This document shows positions 36,121 through 48,555 of a stretch of DNA of 64,000 bases, piece after piece. The position numbers were made by a program, and so were the translations under genes. The DNA comes from Okamejei kenojei. Its lineage: Eukaryota. Below the pieces are notes generated by a model, which was not told where the DNA came from, ran no database searches, and worked only from the letters and a program-made list of their open reading frames with translations. The stretch spans positions 32,426,001-32,490,000 of the forward strand of contig CM069132.1 of NCBI GenBank assembly GCA_035221665.1, in the 5' to 3' direction. Each line of letters opens with the position of its first letter. Positions within the stretch are counted from its first letter, which is position 1.

Positions 36121-37273
36121 TAAGAAGGAGTTAGATATAATTGGTTCAAGAAATATGGGAGTATGCAGGATATTGAATATGAATAAAAAGCCACAATCAC
36201 GTGCTGAAAGGCCAACTCATGATCTTATTTTCTATGCTCCTAATAATGCCATTCCTTCAGTTTTATATGTTCAATGTCCTTGAATTGCAAATACAACAAC
36301 ATTCCATAAATAGCTTCACCAAGTGGAATGTTATGATCAATGAAGGAGGTACACACATATTTTCTCTTGAGTGTTTAGAGATGGACAATAGAGTTAGCCT
36401 GATTTCTGTGGTGGGAAAGATGCTGGAGTCAATTATTAAAGAGGTATTAATGGGGCATTTGGATAGCAGTAGAATAATTAGGGGAAAATAAATCGTCGGC
36501 ACGGACTGGAAGGGCCGAGAGGGCCTGTTTCCGTGCTGTAATTGTTATATGGTTAATTAGTCCAAGTCAGCATGGATTTATGAAAGGAAAATCATGCTTG
36601 ACTAATCTTCTGGAATTTTTTGAGGATGTGACAAGTAAAATGGATGAAGGGGAGCCAGTGGATGTAGTGTATCTAGACTTCCAGAAAGCCTTTGATATGG
36701 TCCCGCATGGGAGATTAGTAACTAAAATTAAAGCGCATGGTATTGGGGTTAGGGTGTTGACATGGATAGAAAATTGGTTGGCAGACAGGAAGCAAAGAGT
36801 AGGAGTGAACGGGTCCTTTTCATAATGGCAGGCAGTGGCGAGTGGAGTGCCGCAAGGCTTGGTGTTGGGGCCGCAATTGTTTACCATATATATACAGTGG
36901 CTTGCAAAAGTTTTCATACCCTTTGAACTTTTCCACATTTTGTCACGTTACAACCATAAACGTAAATGCATTTTATTGGAATTTTATGTGATAGACCAAC
37001 ACAAAGTGGCGCATAATTGTGAAGTGGAAGGAAAATGATACATGGTTTTCAAATTTTTTTACAAATAAAAAACTGAAAAGTGTGGCGTGCAAAAGTATTC
37101 AGCCCCCTTTACACTGATACCCCTAAATAAAATCCAGTGCAACCAATTGCCTTCAGAAGTCACATAATTAGTAAATAGAGTCCACTTGTGTGTAATCTAA
37201 TCTCAGTATAAATACAGCTGTTCTGTGAAGACCTCAGAGGTTTGTTAGAGAACATTAGTGAACAAACAGCATT

Positions 37274-38298
37274 ATGAAGCCCAAGGAACACACCAGACAG
37301 GTCAGGGATAAAGTTGTGGAAAAGTTTAAAGCAGGGTTAGGTTATAAAAAAATATCCCAAGCTTTGAACATCTCACGGAGCACTGTTCAATCCATCACCA
37401 GAAAATGGAAAGAGTATGGCACAACTGCAAACCTACCAAGACATGGCCGTCCACCTAAACTGACAGGCCGGGCAAGGAGAGCATAGATCAGAGAAGCAGC
37501 CAAGAGGCCCATGGTAACTCTGGAGGAGCTGCAGAGATCCACAGCAAAGGTGGGAGAATCTGTCCACAGGTCAACTATTAGTTGTGTACTCCACAAATCG
37601 GGCCTTTATGGAAGAGTGGCAAGAAGAAAGCCATTGTTGAAACAAAGCCATAAGAAGTCCCGTTTGCAGTTTGCCACAAGTCATGTGGGGGACACAGCAA
37701 ACATGTGGAGGAAGGTGCTCTGGTCTGATGAGACCAAAATTGAAGTTTTTGGCCTAAATGCAAAACGGCATGTGTGGCGGAAAACTAACACTGCACATCA
37801 CCCTGAACACACCATCCCCACTGTGAAACATGGTGGTGGCAGCATCATGCTGTGGGGATGCTTTTCTTCAGCAGAGACAGGGAAGCTGGTCAGAGTTGAT
37901 GGGAAGATGGATGGAGCCAAATATAGGGCAATCTTGGAAGAAAACCTGTTAGAGTCTGCAAAAGACTTGAGACTGGGGCGGAGGTTCACCTTTCAGCAGG
38001 ACAACGACCCTAAACATACAGCCAGAGCTATAATGGTTTAGATCAAAGCATATTCTTGTGTTAGAATGGCCCAGTCAAAGTCCAGACCTAAATCCAATTG
38101 AGAATCTCTGGCAAGACTTGAAAATTGTTGTTCACAGACACTCTCCATCAGATTGGATGGAGATAGCTCGAGCTATTTTGCAAAGACGAATGGGCAAAAA
38201 TTTCAGTCTCTAGATGTGCAAAGCTGGTAGAGACGTACCCCAAAAGACTTGCAGCGGTAATTGCAGCGAAAGGTGGTTCTACAAAGTCAGGGGGGCTG
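37274..38298 (+). pseudogene. Tc1 DD34E transposase, disrupted
   Basis: MKPKEHTRQVRDKVVEK..GRPPKL, WSDETK, FQQDNDPKH, SPDLNPIENLW; stop at 37484-37486 and frameshift near 38035. Confidence 0.92.
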
Positions 38299-38353
38299 AA
38301 TACTTTTGCACGCCACACTTTTCAGTTTTCTATTTGTAATAAAATTTGGAAAC

Positions 38354-38527
38354 CATAGAAACATAGAAACATAGAAATTAGGTGCAGGAGTAGGCCATTC
38401 AGCCCTTCGAGCCTGCACCGCCATTCAGGCTGATCATCCAACTCAGTATCCCGTACCTGCCTTCTCTCCATACCCTCTGATCCCCTTAGCCACAAGGCCA
38501 CATCCAACTCACTCTAAATATAGCTTA
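38354..38527 (-). mobile_element. CR1 3'-tail insertion inside the right Tc1 TIR
   Basis: Reverse complement of ~29170-29350; flanked by GGAAACCAT duplication. Confidence 0.88.
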
Positions 38528-40649
38528 AAGGAAACCATGTATCATTTTCCTCCCACTTCACAATTATGCACCACTTTATGTTGGTCTATCACATAAAATC
38601 TCAATAAAATACATTTACGTTTGTGGTTGTAACGTGACAAAATGTGGAAAAATTCAAGGGGTATGAATACTTTTCAAGCCACTGTATTAATGATTTGGAA
38701 GAGGGAATTAGGAGCAACACTAGCACGTTTGTGGATGACACAAAGCTGGGTGGTAGTGTGAACTGTGAAGAGGATGTTAGGAGGTTGCAGGGTGACTTGG
38801 ACAGGTTGAGTGAGTGGGCAGATGTGTGGCAGATGCAGTATAATATAGATAAATGTGAGGTTATCCACTTTGGCGGCAAAAACAAGGGGGCAGATTATTA
38901 TCTCAATGGGGTTAGGTTAGGTAAAGGGGGGGGGATTCAACAAAGACCTGGGTGTCCTTGTACACCGGTCACTGAAAGTTGGCGTGCGGGTACAGCAGAT
39001 AGTGAAGAAAGCTAATGGAATGTTGTCCTTCATAACTAGAGGATTTCAGTATAGTAGTAAAGAGGTTCTTCTGCAGTTGTATAGGGCTCTGGTAAGACCC
39101 CATCTGGAGTATCGTGTGCAGTTTTGGTCTCCTAATTTGAGGAAGAACATCCTTGTGATTGAGGCAGTGCAGAATAGGTTCACGAGATTGATCCCTGGGA
39201 TGGAGAGACTGTCATATGAGGAAAGATTGAAAGGCCTAGGCTTGTATTCATTGGAATTTAGAAGGATGAGGGGGTATCTAATAGAAACATATAAAATTAT
39301 AAAAGGACTGGGCTAGCTGGATGCAGGAAAAATGTTTCCAAGGTTGGGCGAGTCCAGAACCAGGGACCACATTCATAGAATAAAGGGGAGGCCATTTAAG
39401 ACTGAGGTGAGAAAAAATGTTTTTCACCCAGAGAATTTGTGGAATTCCCTGCCACAGAGGGCAGTGGAGGCCAAATCACTGGATGGATTTAAGAGAGAGT
39501 TAGATAGAGCTCTAGGGGCTAGTGGAATCAAGGGATATGGGGAGAAGGCAGGCACGGGTTATTGATAGCGGACGATCAGCCATGATCACAATGAATGGCG
39601 GTGCTGGCTCGAAGGGCTGAATGGCCTCCTCCTGCACCTATTTTATATGTTTCTATGTAATAAAGGCAGCCTTGCATTCTGTTCTGAAATTAATCCTTTA
39701 TAAAGCAAGCTTGATTAAAAATAAATTCTTTAGGTCGCAGGCATCCCTGTATATTGCCCATCCCTAACTGCCCTTGAGAAAGTAGTAGTGGCCCCCAACT
39801 TGTGCCTTGCAACCGATGTTCATAAAATGATTCACTTGCTGCAAAATACCCACAGGCCTCTGAGCTGATCTGGTAGCTACAGTGCTTATATATTGATCCA
39901 GTTGAGTTTATGGTGAATGGTGACTCCCAGGATATTGATGGTGTGGGATTTGGGAAGGTTGTGAATCTATGGAATTCATTGCCACAGACAGCTGTGGAGG
40001 CCGTCACAGGTATTTGTAAAGCGGAGATTCATAATTTCTTGATTGGGAAAGGCATCAGAGGCTACGGGGAGAAGGCAGGAGAATAGAGTTGAGAGGGAAA
40101 ATAGGTCAGTCATGATTGAATGGCAGAGTACACACGATGGGCTGAATGGCCTAATTCTGCTCCTAGGTCTAATGGTCTTATTTACCAATGGTAATGCCAT
40201 TGAATGTCAGAGGTAGACGCTCTCTTGTTGTAGATCATCATCGCCTGACTCTTTTATAGCACCAATGCAGTTTTGATCTTGCCTACATGTATTTGTTGAG
40301 GAGTTATGAATGGAATTGAACAACAACAAGCATCTCCACTCTTAACTCAGTTTCCTGCTTCAATACATGCCCTGGTGTGGAGAAAAGTTCTAACGAGTTA
40401 TTTAACTGAGTGGTTAAAAATTGAATTTAATGATGTTTGCAAGTCTTCCTCCATTTGCATTCCCTGATGTCTGTGCCCTTTCAATTTGATCAGAGGCAAC
40501 TGCTTGGAGTCCCTGGATCACACAAGTGGATTTAAAGTTCAGATTTTAACCGAACATCAACATTGTTGTTCAATTGTACTTCTTTTGTACTTGTATTCAT
40601 CTAACAGCTAACTGTCCCTACCACTGCAGTGAAGACCACTGCACTGCAG

Positions 40650-41030
40650 TGGAGATTTGAATAGGAAGATAGGACAGATGCATGCATGGCTGACGAGTTT
40701 GTGTAGGGGGCAGCAATTTAGATTATTGGACCATCTGGATTTCTTCTAGGGCAGAGGCAACCCCTACATGACGGATAGGTTGTCACCTAAACTGAAGAGG
40801 GAACACGATCCTGGCAGGCAAGTTTGAAAGTGCTGCTAGGGAGGGTTTAAACCAGGATGGCAGCAGGAAGAGGATCCAGAGCAAGTGTGAGGCAGGTGGC
40901 AGGCTGAACATTGATATAGAAGTCAATGACAGCAAGTTCAGTAGACAGAACAGGTAGGAGCAGAGAAGGGAGGGAGGAAAGGTTGTTGGATTAAATTGCA
41001 ATTCTTTCAATGCTAGAGATCGGATGAATT
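40650..41030 (+). mobile_element. Old CR1 ORF1/ORF2 junction fragment
   Basis: FRLLDH..DRL.L..GNTILAGKFESAAREGLN resembles ORF1 C-termini at 26100-26268 and 34450-34592. Confidence 0.7.
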
Positions 41031-41042
41031 CAGGATCAGAGG

Positions 41043-41240
41043 GAGACACAAAATGCTGGAGTAACTCAGCGGGACAGGCAAGATCCCTGGAAAGAAGGAA
41101 TGGGTGACGTTTCGGGTCAAGACCCTTCTTCAGTCTGAAGAAGGGTCTCAACCTGAATTTGACCCTTCTTCAGTCTGAAGAAGGGTCTCAACCTGAATTT
41201 AAACCTTTGTGCAAAGTTACTCCAGCATTCTGTGTCTATC
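41043..41240. mobile_element. Fold-back Penelope-derived mini-element with head-to-head hammerhead motifs and 40-bp tandem duplication
   Basis: Outer inverted repeats gacacaaaatgctggagtaact/agttactccagcattctgtgtct; perfect palindrome centred on 41134; 41121-41160 = 41161-41200. Confidence 0.85.
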
Positions 41241-41879
41241 TATGAAGAGGACTGGCAGCTTAATGCTCATTAATGCGCATGAAAATGGTAGCAGGATCTT
41301 GATCGCAAGTGGGCTGAGGAATGGCTGCAAGGCGTTGTCAGACCAAAACAAGAGCTTCAGGGTGAATGGCAGGGCCCTGGAGAGTGTTATAGAGCAGAGT
41401 GAGTACAAGAATATAGTTCCGTGAAAGTGGTATTGCAGTTTAATAAAGTATGAAGAAGACTTTTGGCTGATCTTCATCAACCAAGGAATTGTGTACAGAT
41501 GGTAAAAGTAAAGTGAATAGGTATATGAACGGGAAGGGAATGGAGGGGTATGGTCTGAGTGCAGGTGGACGGGACTACGGGAAAACAAATGATCGGCATG
41601 GACTGGAAGGGCCGAGAGGGCCTGTTTCTGTGCTGTAATTGTTATATGGTTATATGGTTATATGGTATGTTACAGTTGTACAAGATATTACTAAAGGCCA
41701 TGGTTGGAATACTGTGTTCATTTTTGATCATCCTGCTGTAGGAAAGACACCATTATGCTGGAATTAATGCAAAAAAAGATTTACAAGGATTGAGGACCTG
41801 ATCTATCGGGAGAAATTGGGCAGGTTAGGATTATATTCCTGGGAGTGAGGGGTGATCTTAAAGAAGTGTATAAAATCAC

Positions 41880-42550
41880 CTTAGAAGCCTTAGAAAGTTT
41901 GGGATGTCTCCAACAACTCTCACCAACTTCTACATATGCGCCATAGAAAGCATTTTATCGGTATGCTTCACGGCTTGTTTTGGGAACAGCTCCATCCAAG
42001 ACCGCAAGAACTTGCAGCACATTGTGGACACAGTCCAGACCTCAGCAAGGCCAGCCGCATCATCAAGGACAAATTGTGCCCTGGCCACTCCCTCTTCTAT
42101 CCTCTCCCATCGGGCAAAAGGTGTATAAGTGTGAAAATGCACACCTCCAGATTAAGGGACAGTTTCTTCCCAGCTGTTATCAGGCAACTGAATCATCCTA
42201 CCACAACAACAGAGCAGTCCTGACAAGAGGGCAGCAACAAGAGGGCAGCACCTATGGAGCAAAGGAAATAGGCAACGTTTCGGAAGGGTTTCGGCCTGAA
42301 ATGTTGCCTATTTCCTTCGCTCCATAGATGCTGCTGCACCTGCTGAGTTTCTCCAGCACTTTGTCTACCTATCGTTGATCGGACTTTACTGGCTGTACCT
42401 AGCACTAAATTTTATTCCCTTGTCATGTATCTATACATTGTAAATGGCTCGATTATAATCATTTATAGTCTTTCAGCAGACTGGTTAGCACGCAATAAAA
42501 GCTTTTCACTTTACCTCAATACACATGACAATAGACTAAACTGAACTGAA
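41880..42550 (+). mobile_element. Rex1/Babar 3' end interrupted by a fold-back Penelope mini-element (~42240-42370)
   Basis: TLTNFYICAIESIL, LPSGKR...RLRDSFFPAVIRQLN; (CTGAA)n-like tail. Confidence 0.8.
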
Positions 42551-42989
42551 AATCATGACAGGAATAGATAGGGTGAATGCACAGTCTTTTTCCCAGGGTT
42601 GGGAATTCAAGAACTAAAGGGTATAGGTCTAATGTGAGCGGCAATTTTTAACATGGTGGGTGATGGGTATATGGAATGATCTGCCAATGGAAGTAGATGA
42701 GGCAAGTTTAATAACAACATTTGAAAGACATTTATGCAGATGTAAGGATGGGAAATATTTTATGGGTTATAGGCCACTCATGGGTAAATGGGACTAGCTT
42801 GGCTTGGGCGTCTTAATTGGTCATAACGTCAGAAGGTCATAAGTAGAGCCAGGATTTTGCCATAAATGCCATGTGCCTTTTCATGCCTTTTTAGATGATT
42901 TTAGGAAGATAATGCCTTTTTCACGATTGAGTGCCTAAATCAGTCTTAATTTGCCATTTTAACGTAACTTACAAGAAAATTTACAGCAC

Positions 42990-43278
42990 CAGGGCGAAAC
43001 CCGGCTGTAAGTGGGTGTTAAGTGGTGATTGGAGAGGGGTGCATGGGAAAGGGTCCAGTCTTTGCAGACTGGAGTCATGCTTTAAGTAGGTGTGAAGTGG
43101 TAATTGGGGAGGAGTAGGTGGGAAAGGATCTAGTCTTTTCAAACTGGAGTCAAGCTGTGAGTAGGTGTGAAGTGTTGGTTGGGGATGGGGTGTGGGGTAC
43201 CAGGGTTAAGTTTCTGTTTATTGAACCTGCAGTAGAACTTGTTCAGGTCATTGGTCAGCTGATGATTGCCCAAGAAGT

Positions 43279-43312
<34 letters not shown>

Positions 43313-43495
43313 GGTTCCACTTGTAGCTTGTGATTTCTTGCAAGCCCTTCCACACTGAAGAAGAGTCATTTGCTGAGAACTTGCTTCTCAACTTCTTAGA
43401 GTACTTTTCCTTGGCAGCTCTGATTCCTCTTCTCAGCTTGTATTTGGCCTGCCTGTAGAGGTCTGCATCCCTGCTCCTGTAGGATCTACCCCTGC
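42990..43495 (-). mobile_element. Rex/Babar-like LINE fragment nested in the hAT 5' region
   Basis: Minus strand reads SVWKGLQEITSYK and HQLTNDLNKFYCRF. Confidence 0.6.
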
Positions 43496-43505
43496 AAGCG
43501 TCAAA

Positions 43506-44975
43506 ATGCCTAAAGTCAAGTCAATGCCTTGTAAAAAACTGAACGATTTGGTGAGAGTGTACGGGAGTGATATATTCTCTACAGACAACTGTGTGCAGTT
43601 TTGCAAAGCATGTGAGAAAGCTGTGAATCATGAGAAGAAATATTTTGTCTCCCAGCATGTACAGACAGCTAAACACAAGTTGACGGCAGAGAAACTGAAG
43701 GTAGGAAATACACAAGCTTGTCTCCTCACAACATTTACCTCTGGCTCCAATCGCAAATCTGAGTTTTCGAGCGATCTGTGCAAAGAATTCATTGATGCTG
43801 GAATTCCACTGTGGAAATTGGAAAACAAATCTCTCATAGTTTTTTTTGGGAAATACACAAAGGAACCTATACTGAGCGAGTCATCAGTATAGAAAAATGA
43901 TATTGACAGCAACTTCAACATTGTTGTGCGGAAAATTAGAGATGAAGTTGCATGCAACAAAATATGGATCTCAATAGACGAGACAACCAATGCTGTGGGA
44001 AGATATGTTGCCAATGTGGTCATTGGTACACTGGAGGCAGGTCAATCATCAAAGGGTACACAAAAGGCTGGAGAAACTCAGCGGGTGCAGCAGCATCTAA
44101 GGAGCGAAGGAGATAGGCGACGTTTCGGGTCGAGACCCTTCTTCAGACTGGTCAGGGATCAGGGAAACGAGAGATATAGACGGTGATGTGGAGAGATAAA
44201 GAACAATGAATGAAAGATATGCAAAAAAGTATCGATGATAAAGGGAACAAGCCATTGTAAGCTGTTTGTGGTGTGAAAATGAGAAGCTAGTGCGACTAGG
44301 GTGGGGGAGAGAGAGAGAGGGAGGGAATGCCAGGGCCCGAGGGCTGAGGGAGAGGTGGGAAGGGGAGGAGACAGCAAGGGTTAACAGAATTGAGAAAATT
44401 CAATGTTCAAGCCCAAAGGATGCAGACTCCCCAAGCGGAATATGAGGTGCTGTTCCTCCAACTTGCGGTGTTGCTCACTCTGGCCGTGGAGGAGGCCCAG
44501 GACCGAGAGGTCGGATACGAAATGGGAGGGGGAGTTGAAGAGCTGAGCCACCGGGAGGTCGGCTTGGTTATTGCGGACTGAGCGGAGGTGTATTTTTTGA
44601 CATCGGAAGTATTGGAGAAGTCAAAGAGCTGAACTATTGCTCAGTTGTTTACATCTTCACTTGCTGAACTTTATACTTAAAGTTCCTGGTGATGTAGGTG
44701 AAGACATACAAGGAAAATGTAAGTGGGTGATTTTAGCTAACAAAGATCTTGAAGAATTACAAAACATAGCTAAATTTCTCAAAGGTAGTTGTAATGCACA
44801 AGATATCAACATGAATGTAGTTTGTAGCTTGTTTCAGGAATGCACCAGTGACCTCAGCTGGGGTAGAAATAAGTTTTTCACAACTGAAGCATATTCTGTC
44901 TGACAGACGGCATAGTTTGCCACCAGATAATTTGAAAAAAAAAAATGCTAGTAGTTATGTGCAACCATGCAATAA
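43506..44975 (+). pseudogene. hAT transposase remnant: BED-like zinc finger (CKAC...QH...H), WISIDETT first catalytic Asp, C-terminal hATC-like APVTSAGVEISFSQLKHILSDRRHSL
   Basis: ORFs 43506-43892 and 43926-44055 in one frame across a stop; C-terminal motif translated by hand at ~44820-44940. Confidence 0.8.
44057..44590 (-). mobile_element. Young Penelope 3' fragment/pLTR nested in the hAT transposase; intact hammerhead core 44146-44119
   Basis: Minus strand CTGAAGA-A-GGGT-ctcg-ACCC-GAAAC-GTC; GIY-YIG C-terminal RKLEEQHLIFRLGSL. Confidence 0.88.
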
Positions 44976-46169
44976 TGCAGTATACCTTTATAATTATCAT
45001 TGGTAACCATATTTTGGTGGAGGAAATACATGCCTTTTTATGCCTTTTTTAAAATCAATAAATGCCTTTTTCGTGCCTTTTTTGTAATTTTATTTTGCCT
45101 TTTTGCCTGCCTATTTCAGAGATTTTTAGCGCCTAAACATCCTGGCTCTGGTCATAAGGAATAGGAGTAGAATTAGGCCATTTGGCTCATCAAGTCGACT
45201 CCACCATTCAGTCATGGCTGATCTATCTCTTCATCCTAACCCCATTCTCCTGCCTTCTCCCGATAACCTCTGACACCTGTGCTATGTGGACACAGTACAC
45301 ATGGTGTGGACAAGTTGGGCCAAAGGGCTTGTTTTTATGCTGCGTGACTCGATGATTCTAACACAACCTTATGATCAGTACTGAGCAATTTAATATTGGA
45401 TATTAATAATTCCTTTCAATACCTGCCCTGATCTTTTTCTCCTGGCTGTGCACTAGATGGTGCTGCACCATGTTATAAAATTGGAACAATTTAGGGAGGC
45501 CTGAGGATTCATTTCAGGCATTGATGCTCGTGTGTACGTTCCTGTAAGCAATAGCAATTTCAAGTTTGCAATTCAATACACTTCCTTTTGTAGACGTTGC
45601 TGGCAGTATCAGGCATCAACACATTTTTTTTTCCTGGATGTATTTAGAAGGAGAAATCTACTGCACTTTAGAATGTCATTACCGCTTGACAAATTGTAAT
45701 ATTATAAAGAATGTAGCACTAAAATATTTAAATGGATGTGATCCATCTGCAGTCTCTTTGGGGAATTATACCTGACTCACATCCAATTGTTCCAGCTGAT
45801 CTACAGAAGGAAACTCTGAATCAATGAATGAAGTATATTTTGCTTCATTCTCAGTTTCTCCTCTCTGTTCTTGAAAGCGGTAACTCAAGCTGGTTTACTG
45901 TTCCAGCATTTTGGTACCTGGCCCAATTGAACATTTAAACTGAAACAAAATCGATAGCAAGTGTCAGCTGGCTGGTCATCAGGTCCTCAAGGTGTTTGTT
46001 GCCAAGCTCACCGCTGACCTCAGCAAACATCTAGTCTAATGCATTCTTCAGCATCATTTACTTCAACACAAACTCAAGTTTAACCCTGGCTGCTTTTGCT
46101 CCCTATTTCTCTTGGGTTATTGAAATCAGAGTTGGGTTCATTTTAACATTGTCTTTACATGTTTACTTG

Positions 46170-46468
46170 TAGTTTAGTTTAGAGATACAGCACGGAAACA
46201 GGCCCTTCTGCCCACTGTGTCCGCACTGACCAGTTGTCCCCGCACACTAACACTATCTTGCACGCTAGCGACAATTTACAATTTTACCAAAGCCATAGCT
46301 GCACATCTTTGGATTGTGGGAGTATACTGCCGCACCTGGAGAAAACTCACACGGTCCCAGGGAGAACGTACAAACTCTGTACAGACATCACGCATAGTCA
46401 GGCTCGAACCCGGGTTTCTGGCACTGTAAGGCAGCAACTCTAGCGCTGCACCCCGGTGTCGCCCCGTT
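46170..46468 (-). mobile_element. HE1-like SINE
   Basis: Family match to 9678-10003. Confidence 0.8.
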
Positions 46469-48114
46469 TAGGAGATAAGAAGCTTGAACGCTGAGAAATA
46501 TCCCACGGACTCTCAGCAACACAATCGCACACTCAGCACACAAATGAATTAATAAGAGGGGGCAACAGAAAGCTTGAGCAAAATGAAGGGTTTTGACAAG
46601 GAGTGTGAAGTTAGAGATACGCAGGGTTTTAGGAAAGGGATCCATGAGATGTGGTATAGGCAGCCAAAATCATTGATGCCAATGGTGGGGGCAAGGGAGG
46701 GATTATTGCATGGGTACAGAGTCAGAGGAGGAGGTGGAGGAAATTGCAGGCCATTATCTTCCTCACACTTTAACTTGAAGGTGTGGAAGATTCAGGAGGC
46801 AAAGCAAGTCAGTAAGGACAAAGATGAGATGATATACGGTCTTGGATAAGGAACACAAAACTTTGGCTTTGCTAAAGATTGGAATCAATCAGAAATCAAC
46901 AGGAATAATTCATTCTGTGAGTGACACAAGTCACAGTAAGTGGACTGAGACCACATGGAAAGTGTGATGTCATGTGTAGGAGCCATTAAGCTTGTCAGTA
47001 TATTATAGCCATGTCTAACATTTTTAATATTTTAGTTTTTATCGGTCTCTACTTTTGTAGGTGGGATTTGATACTTAGAAGCGGTGTGTCTATTTCTAGA
47101 GGAGACTAGCGCATTCATAGATTAGGAGCCAGTTGGGTCTCGGAAGGATGGTGAGAATACAGTTTTTTTATCATTCACACACATGTTAATGAGACGACAT
47201 ACTTTCATAAGAAGAAACTTTCATATGATTTATATGACATGAATGGAACAGTGATTAAAAACGGAAAGTGACGGATTATTTCTTTGCTATGTGCTACATT
47301 CAATAAAAGACCAATTAATCAAGAAACAACGTTTGGAAGATTTGTTTTTACTATCTTAAGTGTGTCGTGAGTGGGTAAAATATACCTCCTAACCATCCCT
47401 GAGGAGTAATGGCTATCAAAGTTGGACTTTGAGAATGTCGTAAAGACTGCCATTATATCATGGATATAGAATCTGCAAATACATTGATTTAAATTCATTA
47501 TTGCTTCAGGTGTTCTCAAGTCTGAGAATGAGCATGATAATATGAACATGGTTCTAAGGTGGCCTGCAACCAACTTGTACACGCTTTCAGGATTCCGGTC
47601 TCACTTCAATATTGAATATTCTGTTCTTGATGAAAGCTTTCGATCTGAAGCATTAATTTTTTTCCCTTTCCACAAATACTGTCTGACCTGCCGAGTGTAT
47701 CCATTTTTTTTTTTGATACTTATTTTTAAATATTCAATATTCAGCTCAGAAACTTAAATTGCTGGATGATTATAGTGGAGCTGGAAGGAGGCAAAGACAG
47801 TGGAGGGAGTCAGAGAATGAAAGGCGAGGAGAAGTAGGCAGAAGTAGGATTCTTACTAGAGAGTAGATTTAAGGGGATAATGTTAATCATATCATTTTAG
47901 AAACGTGTTGCACTGTGGTATCCATTACATGAATCAAATCAAAAGTAGGAACTGATCTGATGCTGAGGCTCAAATATGCAGATAATTAATCAGAGCTATC
48001 TGATTTCATACAGCTATAAGATTAAATAAACAGGATAAATTCAAAAAAGAGAGACATTTTTTTATTTCCCTAGCTGATACAGTGATAATGTAAGCAGGGA
48101 GAGTGCAGAGTAGA

Positions 48115-48555
48115 TTTACGAGGATTTTGCCAGGACATGAGGGGCTGAGCTATAGGGAGAGGTTGGGCAGGCTAGTACTTTATTCCTTGGAGCACAGGAA
48201 GGATGAGAGGTGATCTTATGGGGGTGTATAAGGTCATGAAGGGAATAGATAGGGTGAGTACACAGAGTCTTTTGCCCAGCGTAAGAGGAACAAAAACCAG
48301 AGGACATAGGTTTAAGGTGAGGGTGGAAAGATTTAGTAAGAACCTGCAGGGCAACCTTTTCACACACAGGGTGGTGGGCATATGGAATGAGCTGCCAGCA
48401 TTAAAAGGCATTTGGACAGGTACATGGATAGGAAAGTTTTTGAGGGATATGGGCCAAATGTGGGTTGGTGGGACCGGTGAAGATATAGCATCTTGGTTCA
48501 CATGGGCAAGTTGGGCCAAAGGGCCTGTTTCCATCCTGTATGACTCAATGACTCT
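48115..48555 (+). mobile_element. CR1 3' fragment
   Basis: RGDLMGVYKVMKG...TRGHRFKV...WNELP; tgactc tail. Confidence 0.85.

Larger units (their letters stand above)
36895..38684 (+). mobile_element. Tc1 (Passport/PPTN-like, IR/DR long TIRs) DNA transposon
   Basis: TA|CAGTGGCTTG...CAAGCCACTG|TA; ~200-bp TIRs with internal direct repeats (aaaagt.ttca..cccctt). Confidence 0.95.
36380..39657 (+). mobile_element. CR1 RT/3' fragment split by the Tc1 insertion
   Basis: GVPQGLVLGPQLFTIY | INDLEEG continuity across 36894/38685; CR1 tail at 39645-39657. Confidence 0.9.
42844..45150 (+). mobile_element. hAT-superfamily DNA transposon with CGGBP1-like N-terminus, internally deleted
   Basis: TIRs (T/C)AGAGCCAGGAT; exact 8-bp TSD GTCATAAG (42836-42843, 45151-45158). 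Confidence 0.9.

Noticed and set aside
43506-43892. Host CGGBP1 gene
   Set aside because: Lies between TIRs with a TSD, has an in-frame stop and nested insertions; a transposon relic
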